Positions 13,101-24,667 of a stretch of DNA of 64,000 nucleotides are shown here, in pieces. This stretch comes from Lingula anatina. Lineage: Eukaryota > Animalia > Brachiopoda. The first letter of the stretch is position 1. Each line of letters starts with the position of its first letter. The position numbers and the translations under genes were made by a program. Where the stretch lies: assembly GCA_051362555.1 (NCBI GenBank), contig CM120640.1:70968788-71032787 (forward strand). Reading direction: 5' to 3'. Under the pieces are notes generated by a model. The model saw only the letters and a program-made list of their open reading frames with translations. It did not search any database and was not told the origin of the DNA.

Positions 13101-15731
13101 GAAAGTGAAAATTGGAGCAATTTCCAAGAATATTGTAATTTTTGCCTAAAAATCATTCACCTATTAAATTTGTATGTTTATTTGAAAAGTTTGATATGTC
13201 TATCTGCCTGTTTTACTGTCTAGATTTGCCAACAGTGAATGCAGGCATGGTGCAATTTCAAAGCACATCCAATATTCAGAGTTTGGTGAGTTTATTGTTC
13301 CCTAAAACTGCCATTCATCAGATCATATCTAGCCTAAGACAAATTGTGAGTTGATGTTGATGCAATGGTGCCCTCTTTCCCCCCCTGGGACATCAGTTAC
13401 TGTGATACACAGGCAGGTCCATATGGTTGGCTTATATATCATCTGAGTAGCCTGCAAACCAAAGGACCAGCTGATTGGTCTATGGCAGTTATATTGTCAG
13501 TCCACACCCTATTCCCTGCAAGAATTTAGTGACATCCTTGCTCAGGTTAAAAAATCTTAATAATATTTTCAAGAAACCTGAAGCATCCTTTCTTTGTCAG
13601 CCTTTTGGATTGTAGACAACAGTCCATGTTATTAGTGATGTGTGTAGATGATGTGGTTTGAAGTGTATGTTATGGTATTATATACAGTTCAAAGTACCAT
13701 CACCTGTATTACAATTTCTTAGTATAGGTGCGACATCCCAGGATGATGTTCTATTTGAAATTAATGTCTGCAGGTATTTAGAATTTTTCCCTCAAATATG
13801 GTAATTGTATTCATGAAACAAGTAAGCGATATAGAAATCGTAATTGGAGAGGTTTATAGTGTCCTTATGATAGTGTATTGTTTTTAGATAAAAATTTCTG
13901 GCTCACCATTTCTGAGTTGAGGCAATAAAGTCTCAAAATCCATCAGGTTAGTTGGATGATACCCCAGTGTGGACAGTTTTAGACATTTACAAGTAAACTG
14001 CAACCACTCACTTCATAAGTGTAAATCCATACAAGGACTCTTCAAACAGATTTCCAGAACATTCCAGGATATTACAGCTCAATGAATGGAAACATCAATT
14101 GTCTGGGGCCATAATTGTCTAGTGTGCTGGTACCCAGACACCTCTCTTGTCTGGCTGCCATTTTGTAGCTTTCCCTAGATGCCCCCCCCTCCCCCTCCTC
14201 CCCCTGCTTCACTGAACACATACACAGTATATGAATGGACTGAAATCAATAGACCATTACCATGGAGTTGTTTCAATTTGATCATCACATGTGGGAATGT
14301 TTCAAAAGATAACAGTATATTTGGATTATTTTAAAAACCTGCCAACAGTTTTGTCAGGGCTAATGTGGTTCCTGGCGTATGTCAGAGGTACATGAATGCC
14401 TTGTTTATCATATACAACTACCTGAAAGTTTTCTATCACTAAATGACAATGGCTGCTGGGCACTTAGATCATGAAGCCTTTTTCCACGTCCCAGTGCATA
14501 CAGAAACTATACATTTTTTGTATTTTTTTTCATTATTTATTTTCATTCATTTATTTTCTTTTGCAAGTTTTTTTTACATATTCTGTTTTAATTGTTTCAA
14601 GATTACTTAGATGTTTTTTTTTTTTTTCATTATATTTAGTATAGATAAATAACTGCAAAAAAGGCAATATACACTGAAAAATTAGGTTGATTAAAACGAG
14701 TGAAAATTTTAATTTTAATAACTTTTTACAACCTAAAAGTAAACATTCCAGGCCCTGTTGATTCCAAAATTAAGTCATTCTTTATAAACGATGTAAGTGA
14801 CCATAAATTAAACTTTGATGAAAGGTCACATCAGAAGCATTAACAAAAATTTTAAATTATAGGAAATAACAAAGTGTCCATTAAGTGTTCCGTGTTTGAG
14901 ACAAATCAAATAAAATAAAAACAATATATCTGTAGCTGTAAACTTCTATGTAGAAAATAATTAATATACTATAATTTACTTGTTTTTGATCGTCCACCCC
15001 ACATCTGGCACAATGGGAAAGAATAACAGTATACCAAGTCAATGTGTGGCTTGCTCTTCCTCAGAGATATAGATGTATTATGAGGGATAGGCAGTGTCTG
15101 TGTAGGCTGTGATAATATTGATTTTGTTCAATGAGAAACTTGTAATGCTCAGAAACCACTTAGCAATGAAGTATTTTCTTATTCTCGGCCCATGTTCTTA
15201 GATAGAGAACTCCGTAGTATGTAGTATCTCCCAGCCAGGTACTAGCTATATAATAGGGTATCTTTTTTTATACCATTTCTAACAAATGCCTATGTAGAAT
15301 ATATCTTTAAAACTTGTAAACATTAACAACAAAAAAGCCTGGGAGGTGGAAAGGACAAAAACAATTATTTTGGTCTTAGAAAAATCAATATTATACTCGA
15401 GCCGAATTTTGCTTAAGAAATTGTAATAAATTGGCAAATTGTCTGCCAGTTTTAATGGCATTTTTGTTCTACTCCAGGCCACAGCAGGACAATCGTAGGT
15501 GTGGAAGAGACGAAGGACAGCAGCCTACGTCTGTTGTTGTTTGATCCCAGCTTGACGAAGAAACAGATGCACCAGTTCCACGGGGAGATTAACGCCAATC
15601 TGATGAGGAGTCTACGTCGTACCCCCCTCAGCATGAAGGCCAAGCAGTATCAGATTGTCGCGGTGGTGGGGATACTAAATGAGAAGGAGTATCAGGAAAA
15701 CAAAATCATGAAGTCTGAGAGGATCCCATGA
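396..15731 (+). CDS. ZUP1: Zinc finger-containing ubiquitin peptidase 1 (ZUFSP), 7 coding exons: 396-1380, 1722-1819, 7985-8153, 10054-10239, 10832-11000, 11232-11359, 15478-15731
   Basis: GT-AG exons join in frame. Five N-terminal C2H2/UBZ-type fingers, then EFERLQAQYG, DDG, catalytic DKGWGCGYRNLQM, AWQKGFD, WIGATE, PPLYLQHQGHSRTIVG and LLFDP, typical of the ZUFSP C78-like peptidase. Confidence 0.95.
2057..2229. mobile_element. Small non-autonomous DNA transposon (MITE)
   Basis: 14-bp TIR CTGGGGTAGCGCTA/TAGCGCTACCCCAG flanked by 5-bp direct repeat CATTA. Confidence 0.8.
5236..5492. mobile_element. Fold-back MITE, PIF/Harbinger-like
   Basis: Near-perfect ~120-bp inverted arms (GGCTTCGTTCACATGCAATGTC...GACATTGCATGTGAACGAAGCC) with TAA on both sides. 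Confidence 0.88.
5663..6445. repeat. 44-bp minisatellite (about 5663-6160) followed by a diverged ~43-bp variant array (about 6210-6445)
   Basis: Repeated GTGAACTCTATAGCCAGGTAGGCAGTGTAGCCAACAAGTTGGCT; second array CAGTCTCTTACTAGGTTGATTGTAAACACTATAGCCAGCTRGG. Confidence 0.9.
7634..7888. mobile_element. Degenerate MITE / inverted repeat
   Basis: ATTCAGAACAGATGATCCAAGGACTAACTGGT matches the reverse complement of 7857-7888 with 2 mismatches; no clear TSD. Confidence 0.65.
9494..9656. mobile_element. hAT-like non-autonomous element
   Basis: Imperfect 15-bp TIR (CAAGGCCTTTCTCAG / CTGGGAAAAGCCCTG) with 8-bp TSD ACCTCAAT. Confidence 0.75.
10255..10480. repeat. Degenerate (TG)n microsatellite
   Basis: TG-rich tract just after a ZUP1 donor site. 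Confidence 0.85.
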
Positions 15732-17062
15732 TGCCTGCTACACCTCAGTCAGTGACATGATTGACATCAATATGATTTAAGTTTGAATAATCCAGTGGTT
15801 TGATGCAAACTCAATGGTTGTTTTTTTTCTCTCTTTGCACAAGGTCTGTAAGGGAATTTATAGCATCAAGTATTGCAATATACTTTGTACCAAGTTCGGT
15901 TGACTAATTTAGTAGATTGACACGTTAAACCCAGTGGGTCTGAATTTCAGTCCCTTTCCTTCCTGTACCAGTGTAGTGAAACACCCTAACACCTCATGGA
16001 GAGTTTCAAGTTGTTATTTATTTATGTACATTTTCGCACAAGGCAGCAAAGCTGGCAGATATACAGTCATATTAAATTTATTTGTTAATGTAGCATAGGG
16101 ATGTAATCTTGGCAATAAGCCAGTGTTTACTTATGAGTATAGTTAAATTTAAACTGCAGGCAGCTTGCCAAGGCCACCAGGAAAGTGTACAAGACTGAAA
16201 TAAGCCAGAGGCTGCGCCATTTATATTGTACAGCTTATATACAAAATGTTAGTCTTCATTTTATCACCATCAGTCATGTAACATTATTAAGATTCTGGTC
16301 ATTTTTATAGTTATTAATGTTGAAATGTTTGTTCAGCTGTAGTCATCTCAACACAACATTTGATAAAAAAATTATAGGTCACTATGGTCATTACAAATAG
16401 GCTTTCCAAATTTCTTTGACTGAATTTTGTTTAATAAGTGTAATTGCTTCACTGTCAGTTACAAATACCTCAATGATGAAAACGATCAAAGTCTTACAGT
16501 AGACAATATTTGACTTTTTTAAAGACTTTTTAGCACAAATAAGTAAACATGTTGAAAATGTAGCCTTCTTTAGAAGTAATTTATATCATGAAATTTTGAG
16601 AAAACTGCTTTGGTATCCCCAAAGGAGAGATGGTAACAACCCAAGCTGAGTAAGTAACCATTAGATCAACAACTATGTATTTATGTTAAAGTACACAGTA
16701 GAATTTTTCTTTTGCTTCAAAGAGAGCCATTATGAAAACTTCATGACAAGACATGTTTAAATATGATTCACGTAATTTTTAATGTTATAACTTATACATA
16801 ATAAATCTTTCAATTTTTAAGAAAATTACAAAATTGCGTCCTTCTTATGTGCTACATAATCAGTTCTATGCCATGATAGCAGCATAAAAGTGGTCCCAAA
16901 GATATCCGTTTGGAGGGTCTGCATACCTTGGTCAAATAATTCAATGTTCTTGATCTACATGGCGGTTGTTTTTAATATTATGCCAATGTTTTGTTCTAAC
17001 TTCGGATCATGTCCATCAAAATTACTTATAATTCAAGCCAAGTGACATCCTTATTTGGCCAG

Positions 17063-17314
17063 TCTGTATATCGTACATGTGTGGTCACGTACTTCTAGCG
17101 CTAGCGTTGTTTGGACTGTTTGTTGTATATTGTACACCCGTGGTCACATAACTCTAGGCCTAGCGTTGTTTGGACTGTTTGTTGTATATCATACATGTGT
17201 GGTCACGTACTTCTAGCCCTAGTGTTGTTTGAACTGTGAGCTGTATATTGTACACCAGGGGTCACATACTCCTAGTCCTAGCGTTGTTTGCACTGTGAGC
17301 TGTATATAATGTAC
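17063..17314. repeat. ~59-bp tandem repeat, about 4 copies
   Basis: Repeated TGTATAT...GGTCAC...CTAGCGTTGTTTGGACTGT; ends at a minus-strand donor at 17313-17314. Confidence 0.85.
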
Positions 17315-17507
17315 CTGTAATCTTCAGGTCACAATGCACCCAGCCCTGGAGTTGAGAAGTAAATCAATCAATACCAGATACAGACAAATGGGAGTCAGAT
17401 TAGGGTTCTATTACATTTAAATGACCACTTTATACCATTAACATAGCATTTTCAGGTTTCATTTACATTAATGATCTTCTTTTTACATTTGCATAGTGTC
17501 AAAACAT

Positions 17508-17572
17508 GATTCTCAGTGAGTGCCGCAATAATTTCATTGTAATCAAACGGTAATTCACCTCATCACTGAATC
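17508..17572 (-). ncRNA. C/D box snoRNA, copy 1 (SNORD65/snR77-like D' guide)
   Basis: GATTC-A-GTGATGA...GAATTACCGT-TTGA...CTGA-GAATC: C box, D' box, D box and terminal stem. Confidence 0.85.
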
Positions 17573-17796
17573 TTGTTTTATATAATTAGAATTTCTATTA
17601 CCACTTCAAAACACTTTACCTCCAATATAATGATCTATGACTTAGTCTTCCAATACACTAAAACATCTGCTCCTTCTAATGCTGAAAGACAGTTATTGAA
17701 ATAATTATATAAATTTTCATTTTCAAATGCTGAAACAGTTACAGAAATAATTATATAAATTTTAATAAGTCTGGCAGGAATTCAAAATCAACAGAA

Positions 17797-17861
17797 GATT
17801 CTCAGTGAGTGCCGCAATAATTTCATCGTTATCAAACGGTAATTCTCCTCATCACTGAATC
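17797..17861 (-). ncRNA. C/D box snoRNA, copy 2
   Basis: Paralogue of copy 1 with intact boxes and AAGATTC/GAATCTT stem. Confidence 0.85.
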
Positions 17862-18392
17862 TTATTGGGATAACTTTTTACATAGAAACAATTTCTTCTG
17901 GAAATAATCACCTATAACAGACACTTACCAAGGGACAACGTTAATCTAGGTCTTCTCTCTGAAGTCTGTTGTATACCTCAGAACTAGCCTGTTGATGATT
18001 AAAAGAAATTAACATATGAAGTTAAAATCTAAATGAAATATAATTTGAACATTCTGAGATCAATCACAATTAGAGAATATTCTTGATTCTTGGTGAGAAT
18101 GGGAGTGTGAGCAAGCAGGCATGATTTTCATACAAATCAAACAAACTCTCCAAACCACTTCATCCTATTAGGGATTTCCTGACTATATTTGGTCAATGCA
18201 AATATTTCCACAAATAAATTTTATTTGAAAAATTAAAGCCCTTACCAAAGTCTCTTGTTCCCTTTCACTGGGGTTTCCACCTCTTGGGTGACTTGGGGTC
18301 CCACCACGTAGAATTAAAACTAAAAGAAAGATAATTCAAGTGAAGCAATTTAACTTTTATTCAAGTAATAAATACGTGAAGGATAAATAGCA

Positions 18393-18459
18393 GGATTCTC
18401 AGTAAGTGCCACAATAATTTCATTGCAATCAAACGGTAATTCTCCTCATCACCAAATCC
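18393..18459 (-). ncRNA. C/D box snoRNA, copy 3
   Basis: GGATTTG-GTGATGA...GAATTACCGT-TTGA...CTGA-GAATCC; about 70 nt upstream of the acceptor at 18320. Confidence 0.85.
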
Positions 18460-18981
18460 GGCTTTTCTGACCAACAAATTTTTCTTTTTTCTGTTCTCCT
18501 GGGCATTGCAGTTAATTATCCCTTTGGGGCCTGTATTTAAAAAATTTCTTTTAAAAAGTCCCCCCCCCCCTCCCCGTTTCTCTTTAAAGGTTACTTTCCA
18601 CTTTTCCAAAATGAAGTATCCCCATGACACCAGAAGGTAAACGTAAACCACACGAACCATGGTAGTAACCTACAAATTCTTAATAACTGGAATTCCCAAA
18701 AGGACAATTCACAGCATTTTAATAATTAGAACATTGCGTGCAACATACACTTCACAATCTTAAATTACTCAGACATGATTGACATACAAATACTGGTACT
18801 CTTGATTCTTGGAATCAATCCATACATTGGTAATCCTGGAAGACCAGCACTTACCTTACAGTTACTTGTATAGCCCACTAGTTGTGCATAGCAACTGGAA
18901 ACACAGAGATTATCAATTAACATAAATATCAACATGAAATCTGCATCTGCTAACCTTATCATAGTGATTTTTTTTTTCAAA

Positions 18982-19075
18982 CATGTCAGAGTTCTAATGT
19001 TACACATTAGCTGCTCAATAATATTAGTGTTTATCACAAGATTTTACTTAAACTTAACATTTATCATCATCAACT
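18982..19075 (-). ncRNA. Weak C/D snoRNA candidate
   Basis: ATGATGA (19064-19070) and CTGA (18986-18989) inside a host intron; terminal stem poor. Confidence 0.3.
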
Positions 19076-19272
19076 CTGCAAAAAACACAATAAGTAGTGC
19101 AATCACACAGATGAGAATCTTTCAAAAGATCCCATATGTTTAATATCACCATCATGATCAATCCCTTACAACCTGTAGTCCAAAGAAGCAGAATAATATG
19201 GTCTAAGATTTTGGCTGAACATATCACTATTTCTATATCACATCTTTGACATATGCAACTTTACATCACAAA

Positions 19273-19384
19273 TAACATCAGCCAATATCAATTACGAGTA
19301 TGACAGCTTGGTTCAACAACATACTGCATCATAGATACTGTAAATAGTCTTACAGCTGTCAATACGTACAAATCATCACTATCA
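19273..19384 (-). ncRNA. Long C/D box snoRNA candidate with unknown target
   Basis: TGATA-GTGATGA...CTGA-TGTTA terminal stem, internal TGACAGCT/AGCTGTCA helix, C'-like ATGATGC, about 57 nt upstream of an acceptor. Confidence 0.6.
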
Positions 19385-22300
19385 GGTCCTCTGCCATGTT
19401 GAACTACATGCATGTTACTTAACACATAAAACCATGATATATGTATACAGAAGAATACCATATTATTTTTTTATTTTCTTTTGAGACTACGGATAGCAAA
19501 GGTCGTTTGTCCTCTTGGTAGAGAAGTCAACAGCGCCCCCTATCAACTTGCCATAGTTCTTCCAGTATGGACTTCATCTGAATATTTGGTTGAAGTTACC
19601 GAGCTGCAATAAATTATCGAGCTACAATAAAAACACAAATTAGCTTCTAAATTTCTTTCACAAGATACTTTTTTAGGCTCAAAATCAGGAGATAAAGAAC
19701 CCTATGTTGCTAAGGGCCTTTACCAATCCACCCATTTTCTTTTCACAATCATTTTCAAATATGCTCCAAACAGACTCCAGGAGGTTCAAGAATTTATTTA
19801 TTTTTAGGTTTCATAACAACCACTTTAGTTATTCTTTGCTTGAAAACACATAGCAATACCTTCCATTAAGAAAGATTTATTGCACAAGAATCAAACTATG
19901 CCAGCCTCCACTTGAGACGGACAGCCCCCATCAAGTCACTCTTCAATTTGACAGATGAAAACAAGCTGTGGCTTTTATATTATACATTTTCTTGTCATTC
20001 TGACCTATATATCACAGATTTTCTTTTTTCAAATGTTCAACGCCAGCATCTCATACAAATATGCATTTTAATTCTAAAAATATGTATGGCGCTTATGAAG
20101 TAATGTACAACTATAATAAAAACTCGTGCATCATGTTTTTAAAAAGCTGAAATATTAATGGTTTTGTACATGCAAATATTTCTTACTTTAACTGCACACC
20201 AATTTCAAAGTTATTATATATTATAACTCGTGTCACTAATCTTCCAAACGAAAAAAAATTGGAAACTGTCAATTTAAAAAGAAATTCGTCTATTCATTCT
20301 AAAATTCCTCTTTAAAAGAACTTATATGCAACTGAACTACATCATAAAGTCAGTTGTCAAAAAGCATTTTTAAAATCAAATACGAAAACAATAAGTACAT
20401 AATTTCTTAATTTCTAATTCATCACCGTAATCATTATTAGTAATTCATTTATCCATTTATTTTATTTTATTTTATTTTATTTATTTATTTATTGATCGAT
20501 TTATTGATTGCTTGATTTATTTATTTATTTTTTTGTTTTGTTTTGTTTTTGGTAAAGCAGAGCAGATAGATTTATTGAATTTACTTTTTGTGCAAGTCAT
20601 GATTCAGCCCTTTCTTAAAAGTACATTAAACATATTGGTTATGAAACATACACGCTAGTCCTAACAAGTTATCATGTTACTCTTGCCATGCTGGACTCCA
20701 GCTGTTTGGACCAATCAAAAATGTCACGGTTTCTCTGGTCTACCTACCTGTATGGGCTGTACAGTTACCTGGTGACGTACCTGGTAGAGAGTGGAGGAGA
20801 ACCATGCCAGGTAAGACAGCACCCTCTCCTTGCTAACAGCACCATGAACATGTTATGTCCAACCCTCATTTTATTCTAGTCTTTTGATTATCAAGTTTCT
20901 GGTATACTTAGTATGTTCACTGTAAAAATGATACAACACATTTCCTTTTCTCTCTCTCTCTTTTTTTTTTTTAAATAAAGGTGACAGTGCAGGCTCTATA
21001 CTGACATTTGTAAAACTTGCATACAATATTTACTGATTACAAATGGTTTTATGGGAAACAGCCAAACTACGAGCAATAAGTTGAAACTGACAGCTGTCAT
21101 CGAACCTCAGGAAGACTTTCCTAAAGCCCGTCATCTTTGCTAACTTCTTAGTAATTTGCTCCCCAATCCATAAAAGTTGTTGAGATCAAAAGGAATAGCA
21201 TGCCACGTGAAGGAAATTACTTTTCATGGGCATGGTACAAGCGCCAATTTTAGTCATTATTGAGATACCTTCCTGAAAAAAAAAATTGTATGAAAGACAG
21301 TCTTACAATGGAGTATCATTTGCCTGTACTCCCAAAGATAAAGCTCATGGTAGAATTGTTGAATTTGAAAAAAGAAATATCCAACAGTTATAATAAGATA
21401 CATTTCATTTAGTCTTGTATTGTGATGTGCTGACATCTGGTGTAGAATTCTAATTACTTTGACAGTCTAGAATATATTTCAAGCGCTTTCAGAAGAAGCA
21501 GCTGTACAAGTGTCAATTAAGAAGTTCATGCCTGATTCTTGGTACAAAAAGTCCTCATCACTATGATATATGAAGACTTCATGGTTCCATTTGTCACTCA
21601 TCCACCTCTAGAAACAGTAAGAACTATAAAATACACCATACAAGGACAGAATCCAGTCTCACCCTCCCCACACCACCACTTTCAACTGTCTCATGTTTGA
21701 ACAGTAAATACATTATTCATTTACTTAAAACATTCTTTTATTTTAAAACTCATTAGTCTATATATTACCAACACTTTTTTAAATTATTTTTTATATGTAT
21801 TTTAGTCAACTAGAATTCACAACTACAACTTGTCCATTTTTGTCACAAAATTCCCATCATTTCAAACAGGTATCATTCATATTTCAGAGGTGTATAAATA
21901 GGGGCAACAACATCAACTAGGACAACTCCTACATGACACTGTGTCAGAATGGCATGCATTAAGTTTCAAATATTGAATTCTACAGATATATTATGTTATC
22001 AATGTAAAGCCTATCAATATGAATACCTTTCCTTCTTGATTGCTGTACACCCAGGGTGCCCAGGCACTCCTATCCATGTTCACTTTCTTCATCTGTTCCC
22101 TAGCACTGAGAACAAGCCAGACCAAGGAAACCTGTCCTGAAAATGGCCTTGCTTAGACCAACTCTTCTGTAAAGCTCTGAGAAAAATATACACATCCAGA
22201 CATTGTCAATGCAACATAAAACATGAAAAGTTGTATCAACATCCTTCTGCTGTTGGTAGTATTTTCACACAAAACTGTCCTGAAAAATAATAACTTATTC

Positions 22301-24667
22301 ATTTTCAAAGACAATGAAAATTTTTTTTCTTTGTTGAGATTTAAACAAGTTTTAGGACCACAAATTGGCAAAAATGTTCAAACATAATCCTCAGTCCTGT
22401 CATTGTGTACTACGCTGCATATACGGAAAACTGTGGCAACTTCTCACATTATAAAGCAGCAAAAAAATGGATGTACTCTTTAAACACTCATTCTCAATTC
22501 TCTTTCTTCTATATTGGATAGCCCCTAAAAAGCAGTAGTCCTAAAAGCAATCTCCTCAGAACTACTTAAAGAACATTTTATATACTTGGTGAAACATAAG
22601 CCACTCATACATCACAGGTAGTAGATCTGCTTTCTTCTCTTCCACCGACCATATTAATACCACTGAACCAATGCCATACTCATTGTCAACGTTAAAACGT
22701 CCATACTTACAACACTGTCCACTGCAGTCTACTGGAGAACATCACCAGCATTTCCTGAAGCTATAAACTTCACACAGCTTTTTGATACATTTCAGGTTTT
22801 TAAGAAAAGTAATCTGTGCATATAATGTCTCCTTTTATTTTACATCAATTCTTTTAATATCATACTGGCTGTATCGTGCCAGCACACGTTGATCACTTAG
22901 AATTGCTTACTAGTACTATTGTACAAGTTGGAACAAAAAGCCAATGGGACTTAACTTCTACTCTGCAGGTTGTTTCTTCTCTATGACATCAATATTCATC
23001 AAGCCCTCTATTGTTGAAATCATGTTTCAATTTAGAATAAATTTGTTTAGAATAAATTTTTTTAAAAAAATGAAATCTATTAAAATTTCTCACACTCCTC
23101 AAAACCTTTTCATTTCCTCTGATACGAGTACATTTTAAATTTTAAATAAAGAGGATCTTTAATGGCTGCGAACATGTGCCTGTCCAATACAAATACCTTG
23201 TATTTAATTTTTTTTTTCATTACAAAAACTTTTTAAATTTAAATCATTCATCAAAAAGCTTCCCAGGGTTTTTGAAACTAAATGCTTTCTTCACAATGGC
23301 CCCCAAAACAAAAACAGACTGTAACTATGATGCATTTCTTGCAAAAGTGTTTTAAACAGACGTCCCAACCACATGATACTGTGTACAGAATAGAGCAAAT
23401 AGATTTCTCAAAGATAAAGCACAGTCTCATTTTCTCATTATGGATTGGCAGGAGTTTAAATAAAAATGGAGAAAATAAAGCTGAAACCAGCATCTCTTCC
23501 TTTTTTCAAGTAGTTAAAAGGATAGCAACTCTTCATATGAAATACATATTTTACAATAAATGCTTTGTACACACCTAATAGAAATATAATAAATTCTCTT
23601 AAACCACTAAAACAGCAGTTATGACAATGATCCTGAAATCTGTTATTGCCATCTGACCACATGATCTTTATAGATGGCTCTCCTCTGTAATAAACTCATA
23701 AGAGATTATATAAAAATCCAAACTTTTTAGATAAAAACCATGGACTAACTTTAAATGTCAGAATAGATTCATTTACCATTGGTTAGTTTGGAAAAATTGT
23801 TGCTTACCCCAAGAAAATTAATTTTAGGCCAAAACTAACTGTTGTTATCCCTTAAAATATGCTTTTTTGAACTTTTTGGATTATTATTATTTATTATTTT
23901 TTTTGTCTCCTAGGACATAAAAAGCATTTTTTTTTGGTACTTCTCCGTTGTTTTTTTATCCCCAATTCTTTAAGTTATCACATTAGTTTTCTATCATCAT
24001 TCCATTATATTAGTATTTGTTCAAAAATCCTGAGCTTTTCGCCACTCTAATTCAGAAGTTTACAGTTAAATCATGGAACATTACAGCTTTTCACAGCTTT
24101 AATTTCTCTGCAATCAAACCAACTTAGACAAGACATTCATTTTTGTCCGGTTCTCTCTCAAATTCATTTTATGCTCTTGATATGCCACTTTCACTTTGGA
24201 ACGAAGATTTCTTTTGCAGTTTTACATACAAAACATTTATTGTCTTTGCTAACGGACATTTTTAAACAAAGCATCTAAACATAAAATTTTCTAAACACTC
24301 AACAGAACTGCATACAGGTTCTCTATTCCTTCCTGCTCAGCTATGCTACTTTATACACATAAAAATAGTTTTGGTTTATCTATATACAGTATGGTTCAGC
24401 TTCTTAGACTTCAACGTCATTAGAATTTCTATCCTGCTGATCTGATAATGTTCAACAATTCTACGACAAACATCAAACGTGTTGACTTTGAAGGTTGGAA
24501 TAAAACATGATCAATAAAACTGTCAACAGTGCCTCATACTGGAAATGTCGATAATAGGACATCTAGTTTTCAAGATATTTCTAGGTCATACATTGGTTGT
24601 TTCATGATCTCTTTGTCCTCATAAGAAATCCAGCTGCAAAGTCTGTGCTAACAGTCAACACAGTGAC

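Larger units (their letters stand above)
17315..19621 (-). ncRNA. Putative spliced non-coding snoRNA host segment; candidate exons ~19460-19603/19621, 19170-19214, 18855-18894, 18595-18669, 18246-18319, 17929-17988, 17620-17681, 17315-17407
   Basis: Series of short segments bounded by polypyrimidine-YAG acceptors and GTAAG/GTAA donors on the minus strand, with C/D snoRNAs in the gaps; no long ORF. Confidence 0.6.

Noticed and set aside
15754-15767. 14-nt match between the ZUP1 3'UTR and 18772-18785, suggesting a snoRNA guide against ZUP1 mRNA
   Set aside because: Several 14-mer matches are expected by chance in 64 kb, and the putative RNA lacks a canonical C box.
19531-19546. CTCF-like CAGCGCCCCCTA motif
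   Set aside because: Only a partial match with no supporting evidence.
21489-21561. GTGATGA...CTGA pair on the minus strand (also 20350-20425)
   Set aside because: No terminal stem, paralogue or recognisable guide; expected by chance in AT-rich DNA.
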